From an uncultured delta proteobacterium (GTDB taxonomy: Bacteria > Myxococcota > Myxococcia > Myxococcales > Myxococcaceae), in NCBI GenBank assembly GCA_963713045.1, contig CAVQKE010000005.1, positions 256,001 to 320,000 of the forward strand: DNA of 64,000 nt, given 5' to 3'. The position numbers were made by a program, and so were the translations under genes. Positions 1 through 10,882 of the stretch are shown one piece after another; the first letter of the stretch is position 1, and the number at the start of each line of letters is the position of its first letter. The notes below the pieces were generated by a model. That model saw only the letters and a list, made by a program, of their open reading frames with translations. It was not told the DNA's origin and made no database searches.

Positions 1-534
1 GAGGGCGAAAGCACTGGGGGGCGACATGCCCAGCCCGCGCGAACCGCTGGCCAGCCACGTCTGCAGCAGCACCAGCACCACCTCGGAGCCGAGGATGGCG
101 GCGGCGTAGGCGGCGAACGTCGCTGGAGAGAAGTCCCGCCAGGCGGCCAGCGGCGGGTAGAGGGGCGCCTTGGCCGCGGCGCTCGGCGTTTCGGCGACGG
201 CTTCCTGGTGGGGGATGCTGAGAGCCAGAAGCACCCAGCCCGCCGCCCAGCCAAGCGCCCCGGCCACCAGCCACCGCCAGGGCAACAGCAGCGGCACCGC
301 CGGGCCGTGGTGGGCTGCGCTGTACAGGGCGGAGGCCGCCTGGGCCAGGCCACCCCAGCCCGGGGCCAACAGGGCAAGCGCCGAGACGAGGGAGTCGGCG
401 GCACCGGCCTGGCGCACCGCCAGCAGCAACGAAGCCAGGCCGGCCACCGCCAACAGCAGGCCGAAGGCCCGCAGCGCCCAGCGCGGCCTCGCCGCCTGGG
501 ACGCCTCCAGCGTGGCGGTGGCAACGGAATTCAT
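1..534 (-). CDS. Membrane protein, 5' part only (runs off the window edge)
   Basis: ATG at 534 overlaps the lysS TGA (ATGA). The frame stays open to position 1 (MNSVATATLEASQAARPRWALRAFGLLLAVAGLASLLLAV...) with several hydrophobic segments. Absent from the ORF track because no stop lies in the window. Confidence 0.7.
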   Translation of the reverse strand, partial: MNSVATATLEASQAARPRWALRAFGLLLAVAGLASLLLAVRQAGAADSLVSALALLAPGWGGLAQAASALYSAAHHGPAVPLLLPWRWLVAGALGWAAGWVLLALSIPHQEAVAETPSAAAKAPLYPPLAAWRDFSPATFAAYAAAILGSEVVLVLLQTWLASGSRGLGMSPPSAFAL

Positions 535-2042
535 CTGCCCACGGGGCGAAGCTGCGGAAAGAGGATGACGTCGCGGATGGAGGGCGCGTCCGTCAGCAAC
601 ATCGCCAGCCGGTCGATGCCAATGCCCTCGCCGGCGGTCGGCGGGAGGCCATGCTCCAGGGCTCGGACGTAGTCCTCGTCGTAGTCCATGGTCTCCGCCT
701 GGCCCCGCTCCTTGGCCGCCACCTGCTCGAGGAAGCGCTCGCGCTGGTCGGCCGGGTCGTTCAACTCAGAGAAGCCGTTGGCGATTTCCCTCCCTGCGAC
801 AAACAGCTCGAAGCGGTCCGCCATTTCCGGGTCCGCGTCGTTGCGCCGCGACAGGGGGCTAATGGCGGTGGGAAAGTGTGTCACGAAGGTGGGTTGGACC
901 AGGCGCGGTTCCACCAACACGCCGAACAGTTGCCCCAGAAGCTCTCCGGCGTTGCGCTGTTGGGCGGCCTCGGCTTCGGCGGGGGAGAGGTGGCGGCGGA
1001 GCTCGGCAGAAAGCGCCTGGGCATCGCGGGTGTCCTTCTCGCTGAAAGAGGGCACCGCCTCCCGCACCGCGTCGGCCATGCGGACGCGCTTCCAGCCCTT
1101 GGCGAAGGACAACGAGGTGCCCTGGTACACCAACTCGGTCGAACCCGTCACCCGCTCGGCCGCCGAGGACACCATCTCCTCGGTGAGGTCCATCAAGTCC
1201 TCATAGGTGGCGTAGGCCTGGTAAAACTCGAGCATCGTGAATTCGGGGTTGTGTCGTGTGGAGAGCCCCTCATTGCGGAAGTTGCGGTTCATCTCATAGA
1301 CGCGCTCCAGGCCCCCCACCACCAGGCGCTTCAAGTACAGCTCGGGCGCGATGCGCAGGTAGAGGTCCACGTCCAGCGCGTTGTGGTGGGTGCTGAAGGG
1401 GCGGGCCGCGGCGCCCGACACCAGGCTGTGCATCATCGGGGTCTCCACCTCGACGAAGCCCCGCTCATCCAGAAAGGCCCGAAGGAAGCGCACCAACTCG
1501 GTCCGTCGAAGGAAGGTTTGCTTGACGCTGGGGTTGGCCACCAAGTCCAGGTAGCGCTGGCGGTAGCGCAGCTCCGTGTCCTGAAGCCCGTGCCACTTCT
1601 CCGGCAGGGGCCTCACTGCCTTGGTGAGTGGCAGATAGTCGGTACAGGCCAGGGTGAGCTCTCCGGTCTTGCTTCGGAAGAGGGTCCCGGTGACGCCGAT
1701 GAAGTCCCCCACGTCGGTGAGGCGGAAGCGTTCATAGGCCTCCTTCAGGACGTCCTGCTTCACGTGCACTTGAATTTCCCCGGAGCGGTCGCGCAGCTTG
1801 AGGAAGGCCGCCTTGCCGAAGGAGCGGATGGCCACCACCCGGCCGGCGACGGTGTAGCGGTGGCCGGCGGCCTCCAGTTGCTCGGCGCTTTCGCCGCCAT
1901 GGGCGCGGACAATGTCTGCGGCCAGGGCGCCCGGCCGAAAGCCGTTGCTGTAGGGGTTGAGGCCCAGCGCCCGCCAGCCCTTGGCCTTCTCCAGGCGCTG
2001 GGCGATGAGTTCATTTTCTTTGTCGGTCGTCTCGTCGGCCAT
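531..2042 (-). CDS. lysS: Lysine--tRNA ligase (class II)
   Basis: OB-fold N-terminus, RYRQRYLDL, GAAARPF, YLRIAPELYLKRL, FRNEG, HNPEFTMLEFY, GIGIDRL motifs. Confidence 0.98.
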   Translation of the reverse strand: MADETTDKENELIAQRLEKAKGWRALGLNPYSNGFRPGALAADIVRAHGGESAEQLEAAGHRYTVAGRVVAIRSFGKAAFLKLRDRSGEIQVHVKQDVLKEAYERFRLTDVGDFIGVTGTLFRSKTGELTLACTDYLPLTKAVRPLPEKWHGLQDTELRYRQRYLDLVANPSVKQTFLRRTELVRFLRAFLDERGFVEVETPMMHSLVSGAAARPFSTHHNALDVDLYLRIAPELYLKRLVVGGLERVYEMNRNFRNEGLSTRHNPEFTMLEFYQAYATYEDLMDLTEEMVSSAAERVTGSTELVYQGTSLSFAKGWKRVRMADAVREAVPSFSEKDTRDAQALSAELRRHLSPAEAEAAQQRNAGELLGQLFGVLVEPRLVQPTFVTHFPTAISPLSRRNDADPEMADRFELFVAGREIANGFSELNDPADQRERFLEQVAAKERGQAETMDYDEDYVRALEHGLPPTAGEGIGIDRLAMLLTDAPSIRDVILFPQLRPVGR

Positions 2043-2063
2043 GGTGGGGAGCGCCCCTCCTCG

Positions 2064-3183
2064 CTACTCCGGTAGGGCCCGGGCCGGGTTCTTCACCCCC
2101 AGCAGCTGAGCGGTGATGAAGTCGTCCAAGTCGCCGTCGAGGACGGCGTCCACGTTTCCCGTCTCCACGCCGGTGCGCAAGTCCTTCACCAGCCGGTAGG
2201 GCGCGAGGACGTAGGAGCGAATCTGCGAGCCAAAGGCGATGTCCTTCTTTTGGGACTCCACCTCGTCCCGGACCTTGTCCCGCTTGTTCCGCTCCAGGTC
2301 GAAGAGGCGGGCGCGGAGGATTTTCCACGCCATATCTCGGTTGGCATGCTGGCTGCGCTCGTTCTGCATGGCCACCGTAATTCCGCTGGGCAGGTGCGTC
2401 AGCCGCACCGCCGAGGACGTCTTGTTCACCTTCTGACCGCCGGCGCCGCTGGCACGGTAGACGTCCACCCGGACGTCCTTTTCGGGAATGTCGATGACGA
2501 TGTCGTCATCCACCTCGGGGTACACCGTCACCGAGGCGAAGGACGTCTGGCGGCGTGCGTTGGCGTCGAAGGGGCTGATGCGCACCAGCCGGTGCACCCC
2601 ATTCTCCGCCTTCAGGTAGCCGTAGGCGTTCTCGCCGACAATCCGGACCGAGACATTCTTGACGCCCGCTTCCTCGCCGGCGACGAAGTCATTGACTTCC
2701 ACCGTCCAGCCCTTGCTCTCGGCGAAGCGGCTGTACATGCGAAGCAGCATGGCGGCCCAGTCCATCGACTCGGTGCCGCCGGCGCCGGCGTTGATGTCCA
2801 TGTAGCAGTTGGCCGCGTCGTTCTCGCCGGACAACATCCGCTGCAGTTCCAGCTTGTCGATGCTGGCGGTGAGGGCCGGCAGCTGCGCTTCGGCCTCCGC
2901 CCGGCTCGCGGCATCGTCCGCCTCGGCGGCGAGCTCAAACAAGGTGCGAGCGTCCAGCAGCCCGGCTGCAATCCGCTCCACCGAGTCCACCGTGGCTTCC
3001 AGCTGCGACTTTTCCTTCAGGACGCCCTGCGCCTTGGCGTTTTCATTCCAGAAGTCGGGATGGGAGGCGTCCCGTTCAATTTGGGCAATCCGCGAGCGCT
3101 TGCGTTCGACGTCAAAGAGTCCCCCGGAGCGCGTTGAGTCGCGCCTCGAGAGCTGTCAGCACTTCCATCACGTCCAAAGGCAT
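2064..3183 (-). CDS. prfB: Peptide chain release factor 2, with programmed +1 frameshift
   Basis: ATG at 3183 gives MPLDVMEVLTALEARLNALRGTL, then CTT TGA C. The +1 frame continues DVERKRSRIAQIE...DFWN with the SPF anticodon mimic and GGQ motif. Confidence 0.97.
3111..3126 (-). other. prfB programmed ribosomal frameshift site
   Basis: Minus strand CGGGGG ACT CTT TGA C: internal SD-like element, slippery CTT-T and UGA stop, the canonical RF2 autoregulatory cassette. Confidence 0.95.
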
Positions 3184-3193
3184 TCCCTGTCCC

Positions 3194-4918
3194 TCACGCG
3201 GCTGCGACTTGCCGGCGCCTCCGACGGGCGCGGAGCAGCGCCAGGAAGGTACCGACCACCGAAAAGAGCGCCGCAAGGTAAGCGGGAATGTCCCCCAGCA
3301 CAACGTAGACCGTCCTCTCTTTGAGGAGCGGCAGCTCGGCCATCCGCCATTCCGGCCCCACCAGCTCGTCCGCCGTCACCCGGGGCCGGTCGCTGTCGGT
3401 GAGGCCGATGGGGGTCGCCTGGCTCACCCGCCCCAGCGGGTCGATGAAGGCGCTTATCCCGGTGTTGGCTGCCCGGGCGAAGGGACGCCCGGTTTCCACA
3501 CTCCGCATCGCCACCTTGCGCAGGAATTGGAAGTTGGCGGAGGAAAAGCCGTACCAGGCGTCGTTCGTCATGTTGACGAGAATGTCGGCGCCGTCCTGGA
3601 CCAGCTCGCGGGAGATTTCCGGGAAAATGGCGTCGTAGCAGATTTCGATGCCCACTTTGATGGGAGGACCGCCCTGCCGCACCAGCACCGCCGGACTCAA
3701 GTTGGCCCCGGGGGCGAAGGTGCCCGGCACCAGGTTTTGAATGGGGAGCCACTCGTCGAGGTGAAGGGGGATGTATTCACCGAAGGGCACCAGGTGGTGC
3801 TTCACGTAGTGGAATTCAATGTCCAGGGGGGGACCCACCAGGAAGGCCGCATTCTCGTTGCCGCGGCGGAGGTCGCGCGGGTCGTACACGTCGACCCCGA
3901 TGAGGAGTCGCGCGTGGTGAAGCACACCATCCAGATGAGCGCCTTCCACCGACGTCACCCCGGTGGGAAAGGCCAGCGGGTAGCTGGCCTCGGGCCACAC
4001 CACCAAGTCCGCCCCGGCGGCGTCGGCGGCCTCGGTGGCCGGCAGGTAGCGGCCGAGGATGGTGTTGGCCCGGCTGCCCTGCACCATCTTCAGCTTCTGG
4101 TCGATGTTGCCCTGCACCACCGCCACCCGCACCGTGGGGGCACGGGCGATGAGGCCATCCCACCGCTGGACCCGCCACGCCCCATACAGGTGGCCAGCCA
4201 CCAGCACCCCGGCGGCCACCCCCAACAGCGCCCTTGGAAGGGGGCGCTCCCGCCCCAGGCGCCAGCGGAGCGTTTCGAAAATGGCCCCATTCACCACCCC
4301 CAAGGCGAGGACAATTCCGTAGACGCCGGCGAGGGAGGCAATCTGGCTGAAGTAGAGGTTGCGCGCCTGCGAGTAGCCGAGGTTGGTCCAGGGGTAGCCG
4401 GACAGGGAATAGTTGCGCAGCAACTCGATGGCCATCCACACCGGCCCCACCGTCCAGCCCGGGGCCCAGCCGAGGTGGACGTCCATGGTGCGCACTGCCC
4501 AGGCCCCCAGCGCCCAGTGGAAGGCGCAGTACAGGATGAGGAGCTCGAGCGCTGGAATGCTGAGCCAGTTGGGCATGCCGCCGAAGGTGGTCATCGCCAC
4601 GTTGACCCACCAAAAGGTGCCGTTGAAGAAGGCGATGCCAGCCAGCAGTCCAGCGGCAAACGCGGCCCGCGTGCGCAGCCCGCGCAGCGCCCACAGCAGC
4701 GGCACCAGACAGACGAAGGCCAGCGGCTCGAGCACCCCACTCGGGAAAAGCTCGTGCCGTGGGCCCACTGGGAAAGCCAGCGGGAAGGCCGCGGCCCCGA
4801 GGAGGCCGGAGAGCAGCACCAGCCCGAGACGCTTCGGGGTGAGAAGGCGCGCCGGCCGAGGGGCCATTCCCACCGCAACGGCGGGCGGCGGTGTCAGGGT
4901 GGAGGGTGCGGTGGCCAT
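3194..4918 (-). CDS. lnt: Apolipoprotein N-acyltransferase
   Basis: Multi-TM N-terminus, GYPWTNLGYSQ, QGNI, WPE, KHHLVPFGEY, ICYD, NDAWYG, RAANTGIS (E-K-C nitrilase triad). Confidence 0.96.
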   Translation of the reverse strand: MATAPSTLTPPPAVAVGMAPRPARLLTPKRLGLVLLSGLLGAAAFPLAFPVGPRHELFPSGVLEPLAFVCLVPLLWALRGLRTRAAFAAGLLAGIAFFNGTFWWVNVAMTTFGGMPNWLSIPALELLILYCAFHWALGAWAVRTMDVHLGWAPGWTVGPVWMAIELLRNYSLSGYPWTNLGYSQARNLYFSQIASLAGVYGIVLALGVVNGAIFETLRWRLGRERPLPRALLGVAAGVLVAGHLYGAWRVQRWDGLIARAPTVRVAVVQGNIDQKLKMVQGSRANTILGRYLPATEAADAAGADLVVWPEASYPLAFPTGVTSVEGAHLDGVLHHARLLIGVDVYDPRDLRRGNENAAFLVGPPLDIEFHYVKHHLVPFGEYIPLHLDEWLPIQNLVPGTFAPGANLSPAVLVRQGGPPIKVGIEICYDAIFPEISRELVQDGADILVNMTNDAWYGFSSANFQFLRKVAMRSVETGRPFARAANTGISAFIDPLGRVSQATPIGLTDSDRPRVTADELVGPEWRMAELPLLKERTVYVVLGDIPAYLAALFSVVGTFLALLRARRRRRQVAAA

Positions 4919-5004
4919 GCGGCGGAAGAGGCGGCTGACCCCTCTAGCAGAAAGTGCCCCGCAAACGAGTGCGACGGACGTGCGACAAAGGCCAGGCCGG
5001 CCCG

Positions 5005-5487
5005 CTAGCGTCGCCGGGGCGAGCTGACGGCGGAGCGCACCATTCCGTGGCTGCCCAGGAGGCGGTCCTCCAAAGCGGCCATCCTTCGCGCCGCGACGGG
5101 CCGGTGATGGTCATGCCCCAGCAGGTGCAGTAGCCCGTGGGTGAGGTAACGGTCGAGCTCCTCCCTCAGCAACCGTCGCTCGCGCGTTGCCACCCGCCGC
5201 GCGGTGTCCAGGGAAATCACGACGTCGCCCAGCACCAGCGGCCCGGGCCAGCCCGGAGGCGGTGGCCCTCCGGGGAAACTCAACACGTCGGTGGCATGGT
5301 CCTTCTGCCGCCAGCGTCGGTTGAGGGTCCGGATGCGCACGTCGGTGGTGAGGGTGACCGCCAGTGCGACGCCTCGAAGGTCCATCGCTTTGGCAAGCCT
5401 GGAAGCCCGTTGGCGCAGGTGCTTGGCCCACCGGCCGGCGTCAGGGTGCTCGACAAAGACGTCAATTTGGTTGCTGGGCGCCGCCAC
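5005..5487 (-). CDS. ybeY: rRNA maturation endoribonuclease YbeY
   Basis: LNRRWRQKDHATDVLSFP, LGDVVIS and the HGLLHLLGHDH metal motif. Confidence 0.96.
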   Translation of the reverse strand: MAAPSNQIDVFVEHPDAGRWAKHLRQRASRLAKAMDLRGVALAVTLTTDVRIRTLNRRWRQKDHATDVLSFPGGPPPPGWPGPLVLGDVVISLDTARRVATRERRLLREELDRYLTHGLLHLLGHDHHRPVAARRMAALEDRLLGSHGMVRSAVSSPRRR

Positions 5488-5993
5488 TAGACTTCGAAGT
5501 CCGCGCCCGCGGCGCTGAAGAGAATCTCCCCTCCCCCGAGGTGAAGGTAGGACAGCTGTCCCCGCTGAAATTCCACCTGCACTGAGACGCCCAACGCAAA
5601 GCGAATGGTCCGGCTTTCGTCGAGGCGGAAGGTGTTGAGGTCATCCAATTCATGCTGGTGGGTGCCGGTGGCATTGACGCCGGAGAGGTCAAAACCGTGG
5701 ACCCGCCGGGCCCCGTCCCACAGGTGCAGCTGGCGTAGCCACGCCTGGTCTGCATGGTAGAGGAGAAAGAGGCGGGTGAAGCGCGGCCGGACACCGTCGA
5801 GAATGACGGGGGTGGGTAGCGCGGCGTGAAACCAGTGCGTGACGCTGACCGGGCCGGCCCACTGCTGCGACAGCCTGTCATAGGCGCTGGGGTTGCCACG
5901 GAAGAAGCCTCCCCAGCCGCGGCGCGCCGAGAAGGCCACCGATTCCTCGGGCTGAAACGCAGTGCCATGCACCCACATCTCCGCTTTCAGCAC
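5487..5993 (-). CDS. Hypothetical soluble protein (~168 aa), possibly DUF6623-like
   Basis: GGAGG SD at 6001-6005 before GTG 5993. MWVHG and WFHAALPTPVI motifs. TAG overlaps the ybeY GTG by 1 nt. Confidence 0.7.
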   Translation of the reverse strand: MLKAEMWVHGTAFQPEESVAFSARRGWGGFFRGNPSAYDRLSQQWAGPVSVTHWFHAALPTPVILDGVRPRFTRLFLLYHADQAWLRQLHLWDGARRVHGFDLSGVNATGTHQHELDDLNTFRLDESRTIRFALGVSVQVEFQRGQLSYLHLGGGEILFSAAGADFEV

Positions 5994-6134
5994 TGGCCAA
6001 CCTCCGTCCTTGGACGCCACTGCGCCAGCGCGGCCCCGTGGATACCAAAGGGCCAGCAGGGCCAAGCCCCCTGGTCCCGCCGCGCCGACGGAGTAAAGCT
6101 CGGAGCGCAGAAGAAAAGCGACCGCCCCCTGGGC

Positions 6135-8555
6135 CTAGCGACGCGACGGCGGCGTGCCGGCGGCGCGGCGGGCCTCGGCCAAGACGGGCGCCAGGCCCAG
6201 CTGCTGGGGACGCGGGCCGCCGACCGCCCCGGGCGGGTACTCCGGACGGCCGTGGTAAATGCCTTCCAGGGTGTGAAGGAAGGAGCGGGCCAGCACGTTG
6301 AGGTCCCGCAGCGTCAAGTCACATTCGTCCAGCTGCCCTTCGCTAAAGACAATATTCACAATTCGCTGGACCAGCGCCTGCAGCTCCACACTGGTCGGCT
6401 CAGGCATCGAGCGACTGGCAGCCTCGACGGCGTCGGCAATCATCACCAGCGCCGCCTCGCGGAACTGCGGCTTGGGGCCGGGATAGCGGTAGATGGCCTC
6501 GTCCGGCGCCGGGGTGCCCTCGCGCTGCTCGACCTCGCGCAGCGCTTTGTGGTGGAAGTAGGCCACCAGCCGGCTGCCGTGGTGCTGGGCGATGACGTCC
6601 ACCACCGCCCGGGGGAGGCGGTACTGCCGCGCCAGCTCGAGTCCGTCGGTGACGTGGCGCTTGATGATGACTGCGCTCATCGCCGGCGCGAGGCAGTCAT
6701 GCGGGTTTTCCCCCTTCTGGTTTTCACCGAAGTAGAGCGGATTCTTCCCCTTGCCGATGTCGTGGTAGTAGGCGCACGTCCTGGCCAGCAGCGGGTTGCA
6801 GCCAATCTCCTCCGCTGCCGCCTCGACCAGGCTTCCGACGAGGATGCTGTGGTGGTAGGTGCCTGGGCTGCGGACGATGAGTTCCTTCAGCGCCGGGTGA
6901 TTGAGGTTGGCCAGCTCCAGCAGCTTCAAGTCGCTGGCGTAGCCGAAGACAACCTCCACCAGCGGCGTCAAAGCCAGCACCGTCATGGGGACAGTGACGG
7001 CGGTGCCCACCAGCGCAAAGGCCGCCGTCACCACCGTGTCCCGAAGCGTCCCTTTGCCGTCGGCCAGCGCGAAGGCGGCCAGGACAGCCGCCGAGGCCAC
7101 GCCGACAGCGAGGCCCGCCCGGAAAATGCCCGCGCGGTCCTTGGCCTGCCCTATGCGGTCCGCCGCCACCAAGGAGCCGACCAGGGCGAAGACCGCCCAC
7201 GGGACCGAGTTGCCCAGCATCACGCCGAGAAGACAGGAGGCCACCAGGGAGAAGAAGAGTGCTGCCCGGGCATCCAGGACGAACCGCACCAGCATGGCCG
7301 CGGCCGCCACCGGCATCAGCGCGTAGAGGGCTTCCAGAGGAACGCGTCCTGAGCGGTCGTGCAGCGCTTCCGCCACCAGCATCCACAGCCGGCAGCTGGC
7401 CAGTAGCCCCACCAAAAGGACGCCCAACAGCAGCGCGTCTCGGCGGGAAGGCCGCCGGCGCTGGGCAAAGGCCCGGCGTTGGAAGCCCCAGGCTGCCCAC
7501 AACAGCAGGGCCACCACGCCCATCGCCCCGAGCTGAATTTGTACCCGGTCCAGCTGGTCGCTCTGCGCCCGCATGGCGTCGAGCAGCTGCAGATGGTCCT
7601 CGGTGACGAGGTCCCCGTCGCCGATGACTTTCTGCCCGCGCTTCACCTGGATGATGGCGTCCTTCACTGCAGCCGCCGCCGCTTTGCGGCGAGCCTCGGT
7701 TTCCGCGGTGTTGACGGTCAGGTCCGGACGTACCAGTCGCTTGGCCAAGCGCAGCACGGCCCGGCGCAGGGCTGGCGGCGCGTCCGGCAGAAGGTTTCCC
7801 GGAAGCGAGGCGAAGCGCTCCACCTCAGCCCGCGCCTCGCGCACGTCCAAGACGGCCGGGGACGCCGGAGACGTCATCCGCTCCACGCCTTCACCCAACT
7901 GGCGCACGGCCAGCGCGCTGGCGTTCCCCAACTCTTCACGCGAGGCCACCACCGGGGAGAGGTAGGCGTGCTGCAGCAGTGCTTCCGTCGCATCCTCGCT
8001 TTCCCGCGAGGCGCGTGCCTGGAGGAAGGCCTGGAAGTCCTCGTCCTCGAAGGGGAAGAGGCGCTTCTCCAACGCTTCGCGGGCGGCCAGCAGGGCCAAG
8101 CTGGAAGCCTCGGCCGTCCCGGCCCGCCGGGCGCGCGTGCCGGGACGTGGCTCCGGCTCGAGGTGTGCCAGGGCCCCCCGCAGCTCGGCAAAGGCCTCGT
8201 GGAGCGCCTGGCGCTGCTCGGCCAGCACCCCGGGGTTGTAGTCGAAGACGGGCAGGACGCTGGAGCGCGCTTCGAGCCTCCGGGCCTCCGTGCGTCCGCG
8301 GTCCAGCACGTCGTAGTCCCGCGCGGCCTTTAAGCCGGCCGGGCTGGCGCTCTGGAAGGGCTTACCGACGTCCGACGGCTGAAGCTCCGGAACGGCCTGC
8401 GCCGTCAGCCCCCGCGTCAACGCCAAGGAGGCGGCGGCGGACACCAGCAGCAGCAGAAGGACGGCCAACGCCGGGCTGGTGCGCTCCAACCCCACTGGCA
8501 CCGCGGGGGGCGCAGCGTCCTCGGGAGCGGAGGCTTCAGGGGAGGGAGAGGACAT
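6135..8555 (-). CDS. 7TM-HD (HDIG) membrane phosphohydrolase, PgpH/YqfF-like
   Basis: Extracytoplasmic domain, ~7 TM, PGTYHHS, YYHDIGK, IIKRHV, QHHG, YRYPGPKPQ, MIADAVEAA. Usual phoH-HD-ybeY order. ATG 8555 chosen to avoid overlap with phoH. Confidence 0.92.
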   Translation of the reverse strand: MSSPSPEASAPEDAAPPAVPVGLERTSPALAVLLLLLVSAAASLALTRGLTAQAVPELQPSDVGKPFQSASPAGLKAARDYDVLDRGRTEARRLEARSSVLPVFDYNPGVLAEQRQALHEAFAELRGALAHLEPEPRPGTRARRAGTAEASSLALLAAREALEKRLFPFEDEDFQAFLQARASRESEDATEALLQHAYLSPVVASREELGNASALAVRQLGEGVERMTSPASPAVLDVREARAEVERFASLPGNLLPDAPPALRRAVLRLAKRLVRPDLTVNTAETEARRKAAAAAVKDAIIQVKRGQKVIGDGDLVTEDHLQLLDAMRAQSDQLDRVQIQLGAMGVVALLLWAAWGFQRRAFAQRRRPSRRDALLLGVLLVGLLASCRLWMLVAEALHDRSGRVPLEALYALMPVAAAAMLVRFVLDARAALFFSLVASCLLGVMLGNSVPWAVFALVGSLVAADRIGQAKDRAGIFRAGLAVGVASAAVLAAFALADGKGTLRDTVVTAAFALVGTAVTVPMTVLALTPLVEVVFGYASDLKLLELANLNHPALKELIVRSPGTYHHSILVGSLVEAAAEEIGCNPLLARTCAYYHDIGKGKNPLYFGENQKGENPHDCLAPAMSAVIIKRHVTDGLELARQYRLPRAVVDVIAQHHGSRLVAYFHHKALREVEQREGTPAPDEAIYRYPGPKPQFREAALVMIADAVEAASRSMPEPTSVELQALVQRIVNIVFSEGQLDECDLTLRDLNVLARSFLHTLEGIYHGRPEYPPGAVGGPRPQQLGLAPVLAEARRAAGTPPSRR

Positions 8556-8604
8556 GGGCCGCTTGGAGGGGCAGGCGAACGCTAGGACGGGAAGGCGAGT
8601 GGCC

Positions 8605-9720
8605 TCAAGCTGACTCGGGCGGTGGGGAACCGGGCTGGGCAGCAGGCGCCGGCGCCAGCGTTTGCTGCGCACCCTCGCCGGAAAGCGGGGCCTCCTCGGC
8701 GCGACGTGCCTGGGCCTCGGCCTCATCGCGGGCGTAGGCGCGAATGACGGCCTGCACCAGGGGATGGCGCACCACATCCACCTCGCTGAAAAGGGTGAAG
8801 GCAATTCCCGGCACGTCGGCCAGAAGCGTCTGTGCGTGGGACAGGCCGGAGAGGCGCCCGGTGGGCAAGTCCACCTGCGTCACGTCCCCGTTGATGACCG
8901 CTTTGCTGTGGAAGCCGAGACGGGTGAGAAACATCTTCATCTGCTCGACGGTGGTGTTTTGGGCCTCGTCGAGAATGACGAAGGCGTCATTCAGCGTCCG
9001 TCCTCGCATGAAGGCCAGCGGGGCCACCTCCACTGTCCCCTGCTCCACCAGCTGGGTGGCGCGCGCGGCGTCCATCATCTCGTGCAGTGCGTCGTAGAGA
9101 GGGCGCAGGTAGGGGTTGACCTTCTCCGCCAAGTCCCCGGGAAGAAAGCCCAGCTTCTCCCCGGCCTCCACGGCAGGCCGGGCGAGAATGATTCGCTTCA
9201 CCTTGCGCTCCTGCAGCGCCGCCACCGCCATCGCCATCGCCAGGTAGGTTTTTCCCGTCCCGGCGGGTCCGATGCCGAAGACGATGTCATGGCTGCGGAT
9301 GGCCTCCAGGTAGCGCTTCTGGGTGATGCTTTTCGGCACCACCTGGCGGCCTGAGGGCCCGCGCACCGCCCCGGCGTAAAGCTCCTCCAAGTCCTCGACG
9401 TCTCCGTCGCGCCCAAGCACCTTGATGGCCTGCTCAACGTCCTCGCGGTACACCGGACGGCCGGCGCGCACTGCGCGCTCCAGCTGCTCCAGCAGGCGGC
9501 TGGCGAAGCCGACCGCATCGGCTGGCCCGGACAAGTGAAGCTCGGTGCCACGCTGGCCCACCCGCACGCCCAGACGGCGCTCGAGCACCTTCAGGTTCTC
9601 GCCCTGGTGGCCTCCCAGTGAAAGCGCGACATCGCTGTCGCGCAACTCCACTTTGGCCGTCAGGGGTTGAGCCGGGACAGGACGGGGGGCAGCCAACGCT
9701 CTCCTTTTCTTCAAAGGCAA
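8605..9720 (-). CDS. phoH: PhoH family ATPase
   Basis: KH-like N-terminus, [48 protein letters not shown]. Start uncertain. Confidence 0.95.
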   Translation of the reverse strand: MPLKKRRALAAPRPVPAQPLTAKVELRDSDVALSLGGHQGENLKVLERRLGVRVGQRGTELHLSGPADAVGFASRLLEQLERAVRAGRPVYREDVEQAIKVLGRDGDVEDLEELYAGAVRGPSGRQVVPKSITQKRYLEAIRSHDIVFGIGPAGTGKTYLAMAMAVAALQERKVKRIILARPAVEAGEKLGFLPGDLAEKVNPYLRPLYDALHEMMDAARATQLVEQGTVEVAPLAFMRGRTLNDAFVILDEAQNTTVEQMKMFLTRLGFHSKAVINGDVTQVDLPTGRLSGLSHAQTLLADVPGIAFTLFSEVDVVRHPLVQAVIRAYARDEAEAQARRAEEAPLSGEGAQQTLAPAPAAQPGSPPPESA

Positions 9721-9727
9721 AACGACT

Positions 9728-10876
9728 CTACCTGAGGGGCGGCAAGAGGATGAACTCCTGGGGTGCCTTGCGGCGGTAGTAGTAGATGTCCCTCCATGGG
9801 TAACGCAAGTCGCTGGGGCTCACCAGCGAGGCGTCCACCAGGGCCTGCAGCGAGGCCGGGTACTCGCCCTTCTCCAGCCGGTAGACGTCGAGGGCCGCCT
9901 CCAGCCGGCTCAGCTGGGTGCGGGCCACGGCCTGCTGGACCGCGGACTCCTCGAAGCCAGTGCGCGCCGAGCCAGAGAGACTCCAAGGGTTGAGGTTGCT
10001 GCTGACGGCCACCAGCACCAGGCCAGCCAACACCACGGTGCTGACCGCAATGCGCCCCAGGGTGCCGCGCACCCGGTCGAGGACGCTGACTTCGTCCTGC
10101 AACGGGTCCGGGTCCCCCAGCGCGGGCAGCGCCTTCAGGTATTCCAGGTTGACCAGGTTGCAGAGCGCCTTGCAGGTCTCGAATTCGCCCAAGCACGTCA
10201 GGTCGATGAGTTTGCGCACGTCGCGCACCGGCGTCACCAGCGCATGGACCCGTCGCTCGGCCTCCCCCAGCGAAGCGAAGTCGGCCCGGGCGCGGCGCTG
10301 CTCCGCGGGGTCGCCCGTCTCCAGCGCTGAGGCGGGGAGTTCCTTCAGCCGCTCGAAGACCATGTCGTAGCGCGGAATGCGTTTGCGGATGACGGGCCAC
10401 TCGTCCACCATCCGGAAGCCCTCCATCAGCACCGACTCGGCGCGCATGGGGGTGACGTCGGCGGGGTCGTAGTGGACGGTGCCCTGCTCAAAGGCGTAGG
10501 TGCCGCTTTTCCAGGAAAAGAGGCGGTACAGCGTTTCGTTGAATTGCAGCTGCGCCATCTGTCGATAGCGCTCTTTGGTGATGACGCCGGTGCTCACCAG
10601 CGCGTCGCCCAGCCGCTGCAGCGTGCGCTTCTGGGTCTCCAGCGCCTCCTCCAGCTGTTGCTCGGTAATAATCTCTGCCCGCACCAACATCGTGCCGAAG
10701 AGGTCCTTCTTGCGGCGGGTGGTGCTTTCGGCCTGAACGATGACGCCGTCCTGGAAGCCAATGTGCACCTCTTGGTCCTTGGATTCGAGGTGCAGGGTGC
10801 CTGTCTTCTGCTGCTGGGCGATGAGCTGCAGAATGTCCGCAATCCCGAAGTCCCGCAGAGTGCCGTTGAGTGCCAT
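9728..10876 (-). CDS. DUF4388 domain membrane protein with GspG/pseudopilin-like C-terminus
   Basis: [28 protein letters not shown] (DUF4388), MshEN-like RLGDALV, one TM, then [15 protein letters not shown]...PW...YYY. Confidence 0.8.
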   Translation of the reverse strand: MALNGTLRDFGIADILQLIAQQQKTGTLHLESKDQEVHIGFQDGVIVQAESTTRRKKDLFGTMLVRAEIITEQQLEEALETQKRTLQRLGDALVSTGVITKERYRQMAQLQFNETLYRLFSWKSGTYAFEQGTVHYDPADVTPMRAESVLMEGFRMVDEWPVIRKRIPRYDMVFERLKELPASALETGDPAEQRRARADFASLGEAERRVHALVTPVRDVRKLIDLTCLGEFETCKALCNLVNLEYLKALPALGDPDPLQDEVSVLDRVRGTLGRIAVSTVVLAGLVLVAVSSNLNPWSLSGSARTGFEESAVQQAVARTQLSRLEAALDVYRLEKGEYPASLQALVDASLVSPSDLRYPWRDIYYYRRKAPQEFILLPPLR

Positions 10877-10882
10877 GCCGCC

